From Candidatus Limnocylindria bacterium (GTDB taxonomy: Bacteria; Chloroflexota; Limnocylindria; QHBO01): a DNA stretch of 27,333 bases. The position numbers were made by a program, and so were the translations under genes. The stretch is taken from contig DASSNI010000140.1 in assembly GCA_035701385.1 (NCBI GenBank), forward strand, positions 1-27,333, given 5' to 3'. This document shows, one piece after another, positions 1 to 8,392 of this stretch. How positions within the stretch are numbered: the stretch's first letter is position 1; every line of letters starts with the position of its first letter. The notes beneath the pieces are model-generated. The model made no database searches and was not told the DNA's origin. It was given only the letters and a program-made list of their open reading frames with translations.

Positions 1-234
1 CCTTACACGCTGCAGGTTCGCCCGCGGGTTCTGCTGCGGCCTGAAGACAGCCTCTCGTTCGGCGTGTCGTGGAGCAATTGGTGCGACGATGCCCCAAATG
101 TGCCTCTTGCGCTGGAGTTCGTGGTTGGTCCGAGTCAAGAAACGTTCAGTGTTCCGCCGGTCCTCGTCCCACCATGCGTGGGCGGCGGAGAAGCGTCCGT
201 CCTCAACGTGACCGAGCTGCAGCCAGCCAACTGA
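1..234 (+). CDS. 3' fragment of a secreted Cys-containing protein, DUF4232-like (5' end outside window)
   Basis: Not in the ORF track. Frame 1 is open from base 1 to TGA 232-234: [40 protein letters not shown]...[21 protein letters not shown]. The WSNWC...PxC pattern resembles DUF4232 C-termini (recalled from memory, not searched). Confidence 0.55.
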   Translation, partial: PYTLQVRPRVLLRPEDSLSFGVSWSNWCDDAPNVPLALEFVVGPSQETFSVPPVLVPPCVGGGEASVLNVTELQPAN

Positions 235-283
235 CCAGAGTGGCTCGTCCCGCGACGCGGGCCAAGGTGACACACTCAGGGGT

Positions 284-2329
284 GTGACGAACCGGCTGGC
301 ACGCGAGACGAGCCCCTACCTGCTGCAGCACGCCGAGAACCCCGTCGACTGGTATCCGTGGGGGCCGGAGGCGCTGCAGCGGGCGAGGGAGCTTGATCGG
401 CCGATCTTCCTGTCCATCGGCTATTCGGCCTGCCACTGGTGCCATGTCATGGAGCGCGAATCCTTCGAGGATGAGGCGACCGCCGCGCAGCTGAACGCCG
501 GCTTTGTGCCGATCAAGGTGGACCGCGAGGAGCGTCCGGACCTGGATGACGTGTACATGGCCGCCGTGCAGGCGATGACCGGCGGCGGTGGATGGCCGAT
601 GAGCGTCTTCCTGACCCCTGACCTCCGCCCCTTCTTCGGCGGCACCTACTTCCCGCCCGATGACCGCCACGGCCTGCCGGCCTTCCGTCGCGTGCTGGAT
701 GCCATCAGCGACGCGTACGCCAACCGGCGCGCGGACGTCGAGCAGCAGGGCACCCAGCTCGCGGCACACCTCCAGGAGCAGCTCGCGGTGCGGCCAGGAG
801 CCGCGGACCCAGAGCGCGCACAGCTGGAGCGCGCGGTGGCGCGCCTGGCGCAGTCGTTCGACCCCGTGCACGGCGGATTCGGCGGCGCACCCAAGTTCCC
901 GGCCCCCATGACGATGGAGTTCCTCTTGCGCGCCTGGCGGCGCAGTGGCGATGCGCTGACGCTTCGGATGGTGACCGTCACCCTCGATCGCATGGCTGAC
1001 GGCGGCATCCACGACCAGCTGGGCGGTGGCTTTGCCCGCTACAGCACCGATGCGCAATGGCTGGCCCCGCACTTCGAGAAGATGCTGTACGACAACGCGC
1101 AGCTCGCCCACGCCTTCCTCGAGGCATTCCGCGCCACGCGCGAGGAGCGCCATGCGACCGTCGTCCGCCGCACGCTTGACTTCATGCTTCGCGAGCTGCG
1201 CACCGATGATGGCGGCTTCGCATCGGCGCTGGATGCCGACAGTGAGGGCGAGGAGGGTCGCTTCTACACCTGGTCGGCCGCCGAGTTCGACGCCGTGCTG
1301 GCTGCGGCCGGGCTGGAGGCCGATGAGGTGACGGCGCTCCGCGCCCACTGGGACGTGAAGCCTGATGGCAACTGGGAGGGCAAGACCATCCTGCGCGTGG
1401 TGGGTGATCCGCCGAATGGTGCGCTCGTGGAACGGGCGCGCGCTGCCCTGCTGGAGGCACGTGCACGCCGCGTGCGCCCCGGCCGCGACGACAAGCAGCT
1501 CGCCGGCTGGAACGGCATGGCGCTGCGCGCGCTGGCGACGGCCGCCCTCGTGCTGCGGGACGACGTCTACGCCGACGCCACGCGCGGTCTCGTGGCTTTC
1601 GTCCGCAGGGACCTGCTGCGCGACGACCATCGGCTGTGGCGCACCGCACGCGACGGGCGAGCCCACACGCCGGCCTTTGCCGAGGACTACGCCACCCTGG
1701 CCGATGGCCTGCTGGCAGCGCACGCCGCCCTCGGCGATCCAGATGATCTGCTCCTGGCCCGCCTCCTCACCGATCGCCTCATCGCTGACTTCTGGGACGA
1801 TGCCAGCGGAACGCTGTTCGACACCGCGGCGGAGCACGACCGCACTGTCGCGCGTCCTCGCTCGCTGCTCGACAACGCCACGCCCTCCGGCAACGCGGTG
1901 GCGGCCGATGTGCTGCTTCGGCTGGCGCTGCTCACAGGGGAGCCGGACTACGACCGCCGCGCGCGCAGCGTCCTGCGGGCCGTGCAGCCGGCCCTCGACC
2001 GTCAGCCGCTCGCCTTCGGCCGCATGCTGGCCGTTGCGGACCGGGCGCTGGGCGAGCAGGTGGACGTGGTGGTGGCCGGCCCGGCGGAGAAGACATTGGA
2101 GCTGCGCCGCGAGGCTGCGGGGCCGTTCGCGCCGGACCTGGTGATCGCGGCGCTGCCGGAAGCGGCGCCATACGCAGAGTGGCCGCTCTTCGAGGGCAAG
2201 GCCGCCGCGGACGGCCACGCGACTGCGTATGTGTGCCGCGGCTACGCCTGCGACCGTCCCACGGGCGACGCCGCCGAGGTCCGCCAGCAGGTCGAGCGCC
2301 TGTCCGGGGTCAGCCCGCCAGGAAGCTGA
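284..2329 (+). CDS. yyaL: YyaL/SSP411 (DUF255) thioredoxin-domain protein with C-terminal (alpha/alpha)6 barrel, 681 aa
   Basis: N-terminus [77 protein letters not shown] and DADSEGEEG are the hallmark family motifs. GTG start. Confidence 0.93.
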   Translation: MTNRLARETSPYLLQHAENPVDWYPWGPEALQRARELDRPIFLSIGYSACHWCHVMERESFEDEATAAQLNAGFVPIKVDREERPDLDDVYMAAVQAMTGGGGWPMSVFLTPDLRPFFGGTYFPPDDRHGLPAFRRVLDAISDAYANRRADVEQQGTQLAAHLQEQLAVRPGAADPERAQLERAVARLAQSFDPVHGGFGGAPKFPAPMTMEFLLRAWRRSGDALTLRMVTVTLDRMADGGIHDQLGGGFARYSTDAQWLAPHFEKMLYDNAQLAHAFLEAFRATREERHATVVRRTLDFMLRELRTDDGGFASALDADSEGEEGRFYTWSAAEFDAVLAAAGLEADEVTALRAHWDVKPDGNWEGKTILRVVGDPPNGALVERARAALLEARARRVRPGRDDKQLAGWNGMALRALATAALVLRDDVYADATRGLVAFVRRDLLRDDHRLWRTARDGRAHTPAFAEDYATLADGLLAAHAALGDPDDLLLARLLTDRLIADFWDDASGTLFDTAAEHDRTVARPRSLLDNATPSGNAVAADVLLRLALLTGEPDYDRRARSVLRAVQPALDRQPLAFGRMLAVADRALGEQVDVVVAGPAEKTLELRREAAGPFAPDLVIAALPEAAPYAEWPLFEGKAAADGHATAYVCRGYACDRPTGDAAEVRQQVERLSGVSPPGS

Positions 2330-2723
2330 TGCGCACGGTCCGCCGCGGGTTGTCCGGGTTGGGATCCACCAGGGCGATCGACTGCCAGGTGCCCAGCTGC
2401 AGGCGCCCCCCATGGACCGGCACGCTGATCGACGGCGGGACGAGCAGCGGCAGGACGTGATCCGCGCCATGCCCCGGCGAGCCGTGCCGATGCCGCCAGC
2501 GAACGTCGCGCGGCAGCAGCCGGTCGAGCGCGTCGAGGAGGTCGTCGTCCGAGCCGCTGCCCAGCTCCATGACCACCACGCCTGCGGTGGCATGCGGCAC
2601 GAAGACGTTCAGCAGCCCATCGGCTCCTTCCGCGACCTCGGCCAGGAAGCGCGCGCAGGCATCGGTGAGGTCGAACGTGCCGCGGCGTGAGCCGGTGGTG
2701 ACCGTGATGTCGCGCGATTCCAT
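2310..2723 (-). CDS. yjbQ: YjbQ/UPF0047 family protein (secondary thiamine-phosphate synthase family), 137 aa
   Basis: C-terminal 137 aa of ORF 2310..3245. Start placed at ATG 2723 (MESRDITV). Motifs [14 protein letters not shown] and LGTWQSI. Confidence 0.88.
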   Translation of the reverse strand: MESRDITVTTGSRRGTFDLTDACARFLAEVAEGADGLLNVFVPHATAGVVVMELGSGSDDDLLDALDRLLPRDVRWRHRHGSPGHGADHVLPLLVPPSISVPVHGGRLQLGTWQSIALVDPNPDNPRRTVRISFLAG

Positions 2724-2775
2724 CGGCGCAGAGCCTAGCCGAGCGGCGGACGGAAGCGGGCTATCATGCCCGCCG

Positions 2776-3768
2776 ATGAGCCCCGAGCATTCGCGTCGCC
2801 GCGCCCTTCGGCGCGGCATGGACGCCAGCGCCGTCCTGCTGGCCCTCACCCTCGTCCTGGCAGCGTGCGGCGTGCAGGCCACGCCGAGCCCGAGCGTCTC
2901 GGCGCTGCCCAGCCCGACGGCGACCGGCGTGCCGACCCCCACGGCATCGCCCTCGCCCACGCCGCTGCCCACCCCCAACCCGCTGAACGAGGAGCTGCTG
3001 GGCAGCCGCTTCACGATCCTGGTGGTGGGCGAGGACGTGAGCGCCGCGCGCCGGGCGCGCGGGTACATCGGCGACAACACCGACGCGATCATGGTGGTCA
3101 GCGTCAGCCCGCGGCAGAAGAAGGTCGTGATGCTCAGCCTGCCGCGCGACAACGTCGACATCCCTCTCGGCAACGGGCAGATCTGGTCCGGCAAGGTCAA
3201 CGCCATCGCCAACACGTACGGCGTGGACGGTCTGCGGCAGGCCATGGCCGCGCTGCTGGATATCGAGATCCCGTACTACGTCAAGGTCAACATGGACGAC
3301 TTCGTGTCGCTGGTCGACGCCGTGGGCGGCATCCGGGTCAACGTGAAGACTGTCGTCCAGGAGCCGCGCTGGGGCCTCTACCTGACGCCGGGCAAGGCGC
3401 ATCTCGATGGCCGCACGGCGCTCTACTTCTCACGGGCGCGCTACTACGACAGCGACTACGCCCGCGCCGCGCGCCAGCAGCAGGTCATTCGCGCCCTTGT
3501 CCACAAGTACACCAACCGCAACACGAACATCGACTTCGCGCAGGTGCTTCTCACCCTGGCCGGCCTGGACACGAACCTGGATCTCGCCGAGCTGGCCACG
3601 CTCACCGTCCTGGCGCGGCGCGCGGTGAACGCGGACTACGTGGCCGAGGTGCTCACGCCGCCGACCTACGCCCTGAACTGGGGCGATCAGCACGATGGCC
3701 GCGGGTGGGTGATCATCCCGAACGTGGACGCCATGCGCGCCCGCGCCCACCAGCTGATGCGCGACTGA
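2776..3768 (+). CDS. LCP (LytR-CpsA-Psr) family cell-envelope phosphotransferase, predicted lipoprotein, 330 aa
   Basis: Start at ATG 2776. Arg-rich n-region, hydrophobic h-region and lipobox LAAC, then a Pro/Thr linker. LCP motifs TDAIMVV, SLPRD, FVSLVDAVGGI, SRARY and DYARAARQQQVI. Confidence 0.9.
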   Translation: MSPEHSRRRALRRGMDASAVLLALTLVLAACGVQATPSPSVSALPSPTATGVPTPTASPSPTPLPTPNPLNEELLGSRFTILVVGEDVSAARRARGYIGDNTDAIMVVSVSPRQKKVVMLSLPRDNVDIPLGNGQIWSGKVNAIANTYGVDGLRQAMAALLDIEIPYYVKVNMDDFVSLVDAVGGIRVNVKTVVQEPRWGLYLTPGKAHLDGRTALYFSRARYYDSDYARAARQQQVIRALVHKYTNRNTNIDFAQVLLTLAGLDTNLDLAELATLTVLARRAVNADYVAEVLTPPTYALNWGDQHDGRGWVIIPNVDAMRARAHQLMRD

Positions 3769-3786
3769 TTCGGCCGATACGCCGGC

Positions 3787-4596
3787 TCAGGCGCCGGCGT
3801 AGGAGTGCTCGCCCACGAACACCAGGCCCGCGCCCAGGTAGGTGAACAGCACGCCTGCGAAGCCCATGACCAGCAGCCAGGGCGCCGCTGCGCCCCAGCG
3901 GTCACGGCGCGTGGCGACATGCAGGTAGGCGCCGTACACGAGCCAGGTGGCCGCAGCGGCCAGCTCCTTGGGGTCGTTGCTCCAGTACGCGCGCCACGCC
4001 AGGTTGGCCCACACCGAGCCGAGCACGATGGCCGCGGTCAAGATCGGAAAGCCGATGAGCACCGCCCGATGCGCCACGGCTCGCCCCGCCGTGGCTGAGG
4101 GCAGGACCCTGATCCGATCGTTCGCTCGGCGCTGGATGAGCTCGGCGATGGCACCGGCGAATGCCACGCCTCCCAGCGCGTAGGCCAGGATCGCCGCGCC
4201 CACATGCACGGTGAGCAGCAGCGGAGCCTGCAGCGCCGGCACCAGCGGCAGCACCTCGGACGGCTGGGAGAGCGCCAGCCAGGCCAGGCCCGCGCCGATG
4301 AGCGCCACCACGGGCGCCAGCTGCCGGACCGGCATGCGGCGCTGCAGCACGCCGTAGCTGGCCACCACCATGAAGCTGAAGGCGGTCGCGGTCTCGTGAA
4401 GGTTGCTCCACGGGGCGCGGCCGGCCGCGGCGGCGCGCACGGTGAGCGCGGCGAGCAGCAGGCCGCCAGCCAGCCACAGCGACCAGTGTGCGGCCCGCAG
4501 CAGGCGGTCACGCAGCAGCGCCGCAGCGCCGAGCAGCGAGCTGCCCAGGAGCGCCACCAGCGCGGCGGCCAGCAGGGCGGTGGTCAGCGCTTCCAT
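3787..4596 (-). CDS. ccsA: Cytochrome c biogenesis protein CcsA/ResC family (system II heme-handling subunit), 269 aa
   Basis: Multi-TM protein with APWSNLHE, LTVHV, AIVLGSVWANLAWRAYWSNDPKE (WWD-like), WLVYGAYLH and C-terminal GEHSY. Start ATG 4596. Confidence 0.88.
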   Translation of the reverse strand: MEALTTALLAAALVALLGSSLLGAAALLRDRLLRAAHWSLWLAGGLLLAALTVRAAAAGRAPWSNLHETATAFSFMVVASYGVLQRRMPVRQLAPVVALIGAGLAWLALSQPSEVLPLVPALQAPLLLTVHVGAAILAYALGGVAFAGAIAELIQRRANDRIRVLPSATAGRAVAHRAVLIGFPILTAAIVLGSVWANLAWRAYWSNDPKELAAAATWLVYGAYLHVATRRDRWGAAAPWLLVMGFAGVLFTYLGAGLVFVGEHSYAGA

Positions 4597-4648
4597 GTGC
4601 GGTTCCTGCGCGGAGCCGTTCGCCGGGCAGCGTCCCGACGTGAGCGGC

Positions 4649-5050
4649 TCAGTGGGCGGCCGCTTCGACCAGCGTCGAGCGCGTGCCGCACCGGTAGCAG
4701 GACTCGTCGGCGGCACGAATGGTTGCGCCGCAGTTCGCGCAGCTCACCGCCAGGTCCGCCTCGCAGTGCGTGCAGAAGCGCGCGCCGGGTGGGTACTGCA
4801 GCCCGTCCACCGGGCAGTAGGGAGTGCCGCGCGGCGCCTCGATGGCGCCGTCAGGCGCCCGTGGCAGGCGCAGCGTGGGCTGCACGACCGATTCGGCATT
4901 GATGCCGACCTGCGAGACGCGGAGGTAGCCGATCACCAGCCAGGCCAGGTACAGCGCCGCGAGGCCGAGCAGGCCCCACGGGAGGAGGGTGGCCACGAAG
5001 CCGGCGGAGTCGTCGGCGATCCATTCGATGAGGTCGCGGATGGCTTCCAT
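4649..5050 (-). CDS. Membrane-anchored double zinc-ribbon protein, about 133 aa (alternative start 5065)
   Basis: One hydrophobic helix (LLPWGLLGLAALYLAWLVIGYL) followed by CPVD...CTHC...CANC...CYRC in DZR-like spacing. Confidence 0.75.
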   Translation of the reverse strand: MEAIRDLIEWIADDSAGFVATLLPWGLLGLAALYLAWLVIGYLRVSQVGINAESVVQPTLRLPRAPDGAIEAPRGTPYCPVDGLQYPPGARFCTHCEADLAVSCANCGATIRAADESCYRCGTRSTLVEAAAH

Positions 5051-5136
5051 AGGCGTCGCGATCATAGCATCGGGCTCGCGGGCTGCCGGGTCGGCGAGCG
5101 CGGTACACTCCGCCAAATCGCAGCCTGCGCGAGGAC

Positions 5137-6207
5137 ATGCCGCGGCCCAAGCTTGATCCTGCGACGCCCCTGACCGAGCTCCACGTCCACCTCGGCGCGG
5201 CCGTCACGCCGGCCATCATGTGGGGCATCGCCCACGCCCAGGGCATCCGGCTGCCAACCAAGGACTACTGGGCCTTCCGCGACCTGATCACCGTGGGCCG
5301 CCAGCGCCGCTCCTTCCAGGCCTACCTCGACCTCTTTCACTGGACCGAGCTCATCCAGTCCAGCCCCATCGCGGTCGAGCGCAGCGTGTACGAGGTCATC
5401 GGCGGTGCCTACCGCAAGAACAACGTCACTCGCCTGGAGCTGCGCTTCAACCCCATGAAGCGCAACCGGGGCGGCGAGCAGGACCTTGACCACATCATCG
5501 CCGCCGCGGTCCGCGGCATGGACCGCGCCGTGCTCGAGTATCCGCAGGTGCGCGCCGGGCTGATCCTCTGCCTGGATCGCGCCTTTCCCTACGATTTGAA
5601 CGAGATCATTGCCGCCAAGGCCATCGCCTGGCGCGACCGCGGCGTGGTGGCGGTCGACATCGCCGGCCCGGTCGAGCCGTCCTTCCACTTCCGGGATTAC
5701 CGCGACCTGTTCAGCCAGGTGCGACGCGCCGGGCTGGGCGTGACGGTGCACGCCGGCGAGACCGGTGGTGCCGACGAGGTGCGGGAGGCGGTCGAGGCGC
5801 TGGAGCCGACCCGCATCGGCCATGGCGTGCGCAGCACTGACGATCCGCGGGTGATGGCCATGCTCCGCGAGCGCGGCGTAGTGCTGGAGGTGTGCCCGTC
5901 CTCGAACCTGAACACACGGGTCATCCACAGCCACGCCGAACTACGTTCCGTGCTGCGCCGGCTGGTCGACAACGGTGTGCGCTTTGCCCTGTCCACCGAT
6001 GGACCGGAGATGCTGCGCTCCTACCTCCGAGACGAGATCGACCTGCTGCTGCGCCAGGAAGTGCTCACCTTCGACGAGATCCTCGCCGCGCTCGAGACGG
6101 CGCGGGAGGCCTCGTTCGTCGACCGCGCGCCGGTTCCCGGACGGGCCGATGCGGAGGGCGTTCCGCCGGTCAACCACGCCGCCATCGCGCTCGAGGTCGA
6201 GGTCTAG
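5137..6207 (+). CDS. Adenosine/AMP deaminase-fold amidohydrolase with atypical substrate motifs, 356 aa
   Basis: ELHVHLG, ELRFNP, DIAGP, HAGE, RIGHG, VCPSSN and STDG. SD GAGGA at 5131-5135. Confidence 0.88.
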   Translation: MPRPKLDPATPLTELHVHLGAAVTPAIMWGIAHAQGIRLPTKDYWAFRDLITVGRQRRSFQAYLDLFHWTELIQSSPIAVERSVYEVIGGAYRKNNVTRLELRFNPMKRNRGGEQDLDHIIAAAVRGMDRAVLEYPQVRAGLILCLDRAFPYDLNEIIAAKAIAWRDRGVVAVDIAGPVEPSFHFRDYRDLFSQVRRAGLGVTVHAGETGGADEVREAVEALEPTRIGHGVRSTDDPRVMAMLRERGVVLEVCPSSNLNTRVIHSHAELRSVLRRLVDNGVRFALSTDGPEMLRSYLRDEIDLLLRQEVLTFDEILAALETAREASFVDRAPVPGRADAEGVPPVNHAAIALEVEV

Positions 6208-6212
6208 GCTGG

Positions 6213-6218
6213 TATCCT
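6213..6218 (+). promoter_or_regulatory. -10 hexamer TATCCT, leaderless-type, for the PIG-L gene
   Basis: TANNNT 7 nt before GTG 6226, with no SD. Confidence 0.55.
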
Positions 6219-6225
6219 CCGGGCC

Positions 6226-7089
6226 GTGTCCTCGATCTGGCGCCCGGTCCGTGAGCGGCAGGCTGCACGCTCCCTGATGGTCATCGTCGCCCATCCGGGT
6301 GACGAGGCGTTCGGATTCGGCGGGGCGATCGCCCAGGCCGCCAGCGAGGGAGCCTACGTGGTGGTGGTATGCGCCACGCGTGGCCGCTTCGACCCGCGGC
6401 TGCTCGAGAAGCCGCCCGCCCCGGGCGGCCGCAACCGGCACTACTCGAAGCCCGTGGTGTGGCGCAACCTGGACACCGTCCGCGAGGACGAGATGCGCCG
6501 CTCCGTCGCGCTGCTGGGCGTGAACGTCCTGCGCGTGCTGGACTACGCCGAGGAGGCGCTGGCCACCACCGACTTCGCCGAGCTGACGGGTCGGCTGGTG
6601 GAGCCGATACGGATGCATCGGCCGGAGGTCATCCTCAGCTTCGGACCGGATGGCGTGACCGGTGACGCCGACCACGTGGCGGTCAGCCGGTCCGTCGACG
6701 AGGCGTTCCGCCTGGCGGGGGAGCCACTCGCCTACGAGGACGACATCGAGGAGGACCAGGTGGCCTGGCGCGCGGCCAAGCTCTACCACCTCGTGGTGCC
6801 GCCGTCGCAGCTCGCCAGCCTGTCGGACATGGCGCCGCCGGGCTATGGCTCGACCGACGGGGATACCGTCACCCTGGAGCTGGGGGAGCTCAGCCGCCTG
6901 AAGCTGGCCGCCATCAGCCGCCACGTGTCGCAGACCGGGTCAGAAGGACCCTTCCACGACTGGACGCCGGAGATGCGGGACGGCTTCCTGGCCACCGAGC
7001 ACTACCGCCTGGCACGCTCCAACCTGCCGGTTGCCGCGGGCGATGCGCCACCCGAGACAGAGTCCTCCATCTGGGACGGCCTTCCCTAG
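6226..7089 (+). CDS. PIG-L/LmbE (MshB-like) deacetylase-fold protein with substituted catalytic residues, 287 aa
   Basis: VIVAHPGDEAFGFGG, VCATRG, R..E....ALLGV, IRMHRPEVILSFGPDG.TGDADH and KLAAISRHVSQ. GTG start. Confidence 0.85.
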   Translation: MSSIWRPVRERQAARSLMVIVAHPGDEAFGFGGAIAQAASEGAYVVVVCATRGRFDPRLLEKPPAPGGRNRHYSKPVVWRNLDTVREDEMRRSVALLGVNVLRVLDYAEEALATTDFAELTGRLVEPIRMHRPEVILSFGPDGVTGDADHVAVSRSVDEAFRLAGEPLAYEDDIEEDQVAWRAAKLYHLVVPPSQLASLSDMAPPGYGSTDGDTVTLELGELSRLKLAAISRHVSQTGSEGPFHDWTPEMRDGFLATEHYRLARSNLPVAAGDAPPETESSIWDGLP

Positions 7090-7213
7090 GCTCCCGCGCC
7101 GCGCCGCGCCGCCGGCGCATCGGCTCAACATAGATAGCATTCGATGCGAGCATCCGTCTGCTACGCTCGATGGGCCCAGCCCCGATCGAGAGGAAAGGAA
7201 GCCGTCCTTCGGC

Positions 7214-8299
7214 ATGGCCGATCAGCTGACGAACGACAACATCATGGCCGTCCTCGGCCAGGTCAAGGATCCCGAGATCGGGCGTGACCTGGTGAGCCTG
7301 GGGATGGTCAAGACCATCGACATCAATGGCTCAGCGGTGGACCTGACCGTCGAGCTCACCACGCCCGCCTGTCCGCTGAAGGCCAAGATCGAGTCCGACA
7401 TCGTCGACGGGCTGGAGGCGCTGGGCGCCACCGCGGTGCGCGTGGACTGGGCGAGCAACGTGAAGCGCTCGTTCGGCGGACCGGCGGCCGACCTCATTCC
7501 TGGCGTGAAGAACACGATCGCCGTGGCGTCCGGCAAGGGTGGCGTGGGCAAGACCACCGTCGCCGTCAACCTGGCAGTCAGCCTGGCGCGCGACGGCGCG
7601 CGGGTCGGCCTCCTGGACGCCGACATCACCGGCCCCAACGTGCCGCTGATGATGGGCACCGTCGGCGCGCACGTGACCGGCGCGGGCGGCCGCGTGAACC
7701 CGGTGGTCAGCCACGGCGTGAAGATGATGAGCATCCAGTACTTCCTGACCGGTGACGCGCCGGTGATCTGGCGCGGCCCGCTCATCCACTCCGCCATCCA
7801 GCAGTTCCTGCGCGACGTCGAATGGGGCGAGCTCGACTACCTGGTCGTCGACCTGCCGCCCGGCACCGGCGACGCGGCGCTGTCCATCAGCCAGCTCATC
7901 CCGCTGTCCGGGGCGCTGGTGGTGACCACGCCGCAGGAGGTGAGCCTGATGGACGCCCGCAAGGCGATCGCGATGTTCACCAAGGTCAACGTGCGGACCA
8001 TCGGCGTGGTCGAGAACATGTCGGGCTTCATCTGCCCGGATTGCGGCAGCGAGCACGACATCTTCGGCTCCGGCGGCGGCTCGACGATCGCCCGCGAGCT
8101 GGAGCTCGAGGTCCTGGGTCGCATCCCCATCGAACCGGGCGTGCGCAGCGGGGGAGATGCGGGCGTGCCGATCACCTCGCCTCAGCATCCCGCCACCGAG
8201 GATTCCGCCGCGGCGGCCGCGCTGCGCGAGCTGGCACGCACCGTTGCGGGCCGCATCAGCGTCATCGCCGCCCCGTTCGCCGCGGCGGCCACCGCCTAG
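7214..8299 (+). CDS. mrp: Mrp/ApbC/NBP35 Fe-S cluster carrier ATPase with N-terminal MIP18/DUF59 domain, 361 aa
   Basis: KDPEIGRDLVSLGMV, LTTPACP, deviant Walker A SGKGGVGKTT, DADITGP, WRGP, DLPPGTGD and VENMS..CPDC. Purine-rich [15 protein letters not shown] before ATG 7214. Confidence 0.95.
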   Translation: MADQLTNDNIMAVLGQVKDPEIGRDLVSLGMVKTIDINGSAVDLTVELTTPACPLKAKIESDIVDGLEALGATAVRVDWASNVKRSFGGPAADLIPGVKNTIAVASGKGGVGKTTVAVNLAVSLARDGARVGLLDADITGPNVPLMMGTVGAHVTGAGGRVNPVVSHGVKMMSIQYFLTGDAPVIWRGPLIHSAIQQFLRDVEWGELDYLVVDLPPGTGDAALSISQLIPLSGALVVTTPQEVSLMDARKAIAMFTKVNVRTIGVVENMSGFICPDCGSEHDIFGSGGGSTIARELELEVLGRIPIEPGVRSGGDAGVPITSPQHPATEDSAAAAALRELARTVAGRISVIAAPFAAAATA

Positions 8300-8380
8300 T
8301 CCTCGCGGGCCCCGATGGGTCCCCCCTCACCTACCGAAACGTACTGGCCCCCGGGGGATGCCCTGGGGGTGAGGCGTGGG

Positions 8381-8386
8381 TAGACT
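8381..8386 (+). promoter_or_regulatory. -10 hexamer TAGACT, leaderless-type, for the metallophosphoesterase
   Basis: TANNNT 6 nt before ATG 8393, with no SD. Confidence 0.6.
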
Positions 8387-8392
8387 CGGCGC

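Noticed and set aside
203-2593. Long antisense and alternate-frame ORFs (e.g. 203..2593 -, 11613..13040 +, 17024..18556 -, 18905..20137 -, 21825..23090 -, 23793..25253 -)
   Set aside because: Shadow ORFs expected at high GC. They overlap genes with clear family motifs and translate to Arg/Ala/Gly/Pro-rich sequence without motifs.
7095-7109. (CGCGC)x3 micro-repeat after the PIG-L gene
   Set aside because: Too short and low-complexity for about 70% GC DNA, with no sign of function.
5137-8299. Deaminase plus ATPase as a RADAR-like anti-phage system
   Set aside because: The ATPase is a typical Mrp/ApbC Fe-S carrier (GKGGVGK, CPxC, DUF59), not an RdrA-type AAA+. There are no defence-island or mobility markers.
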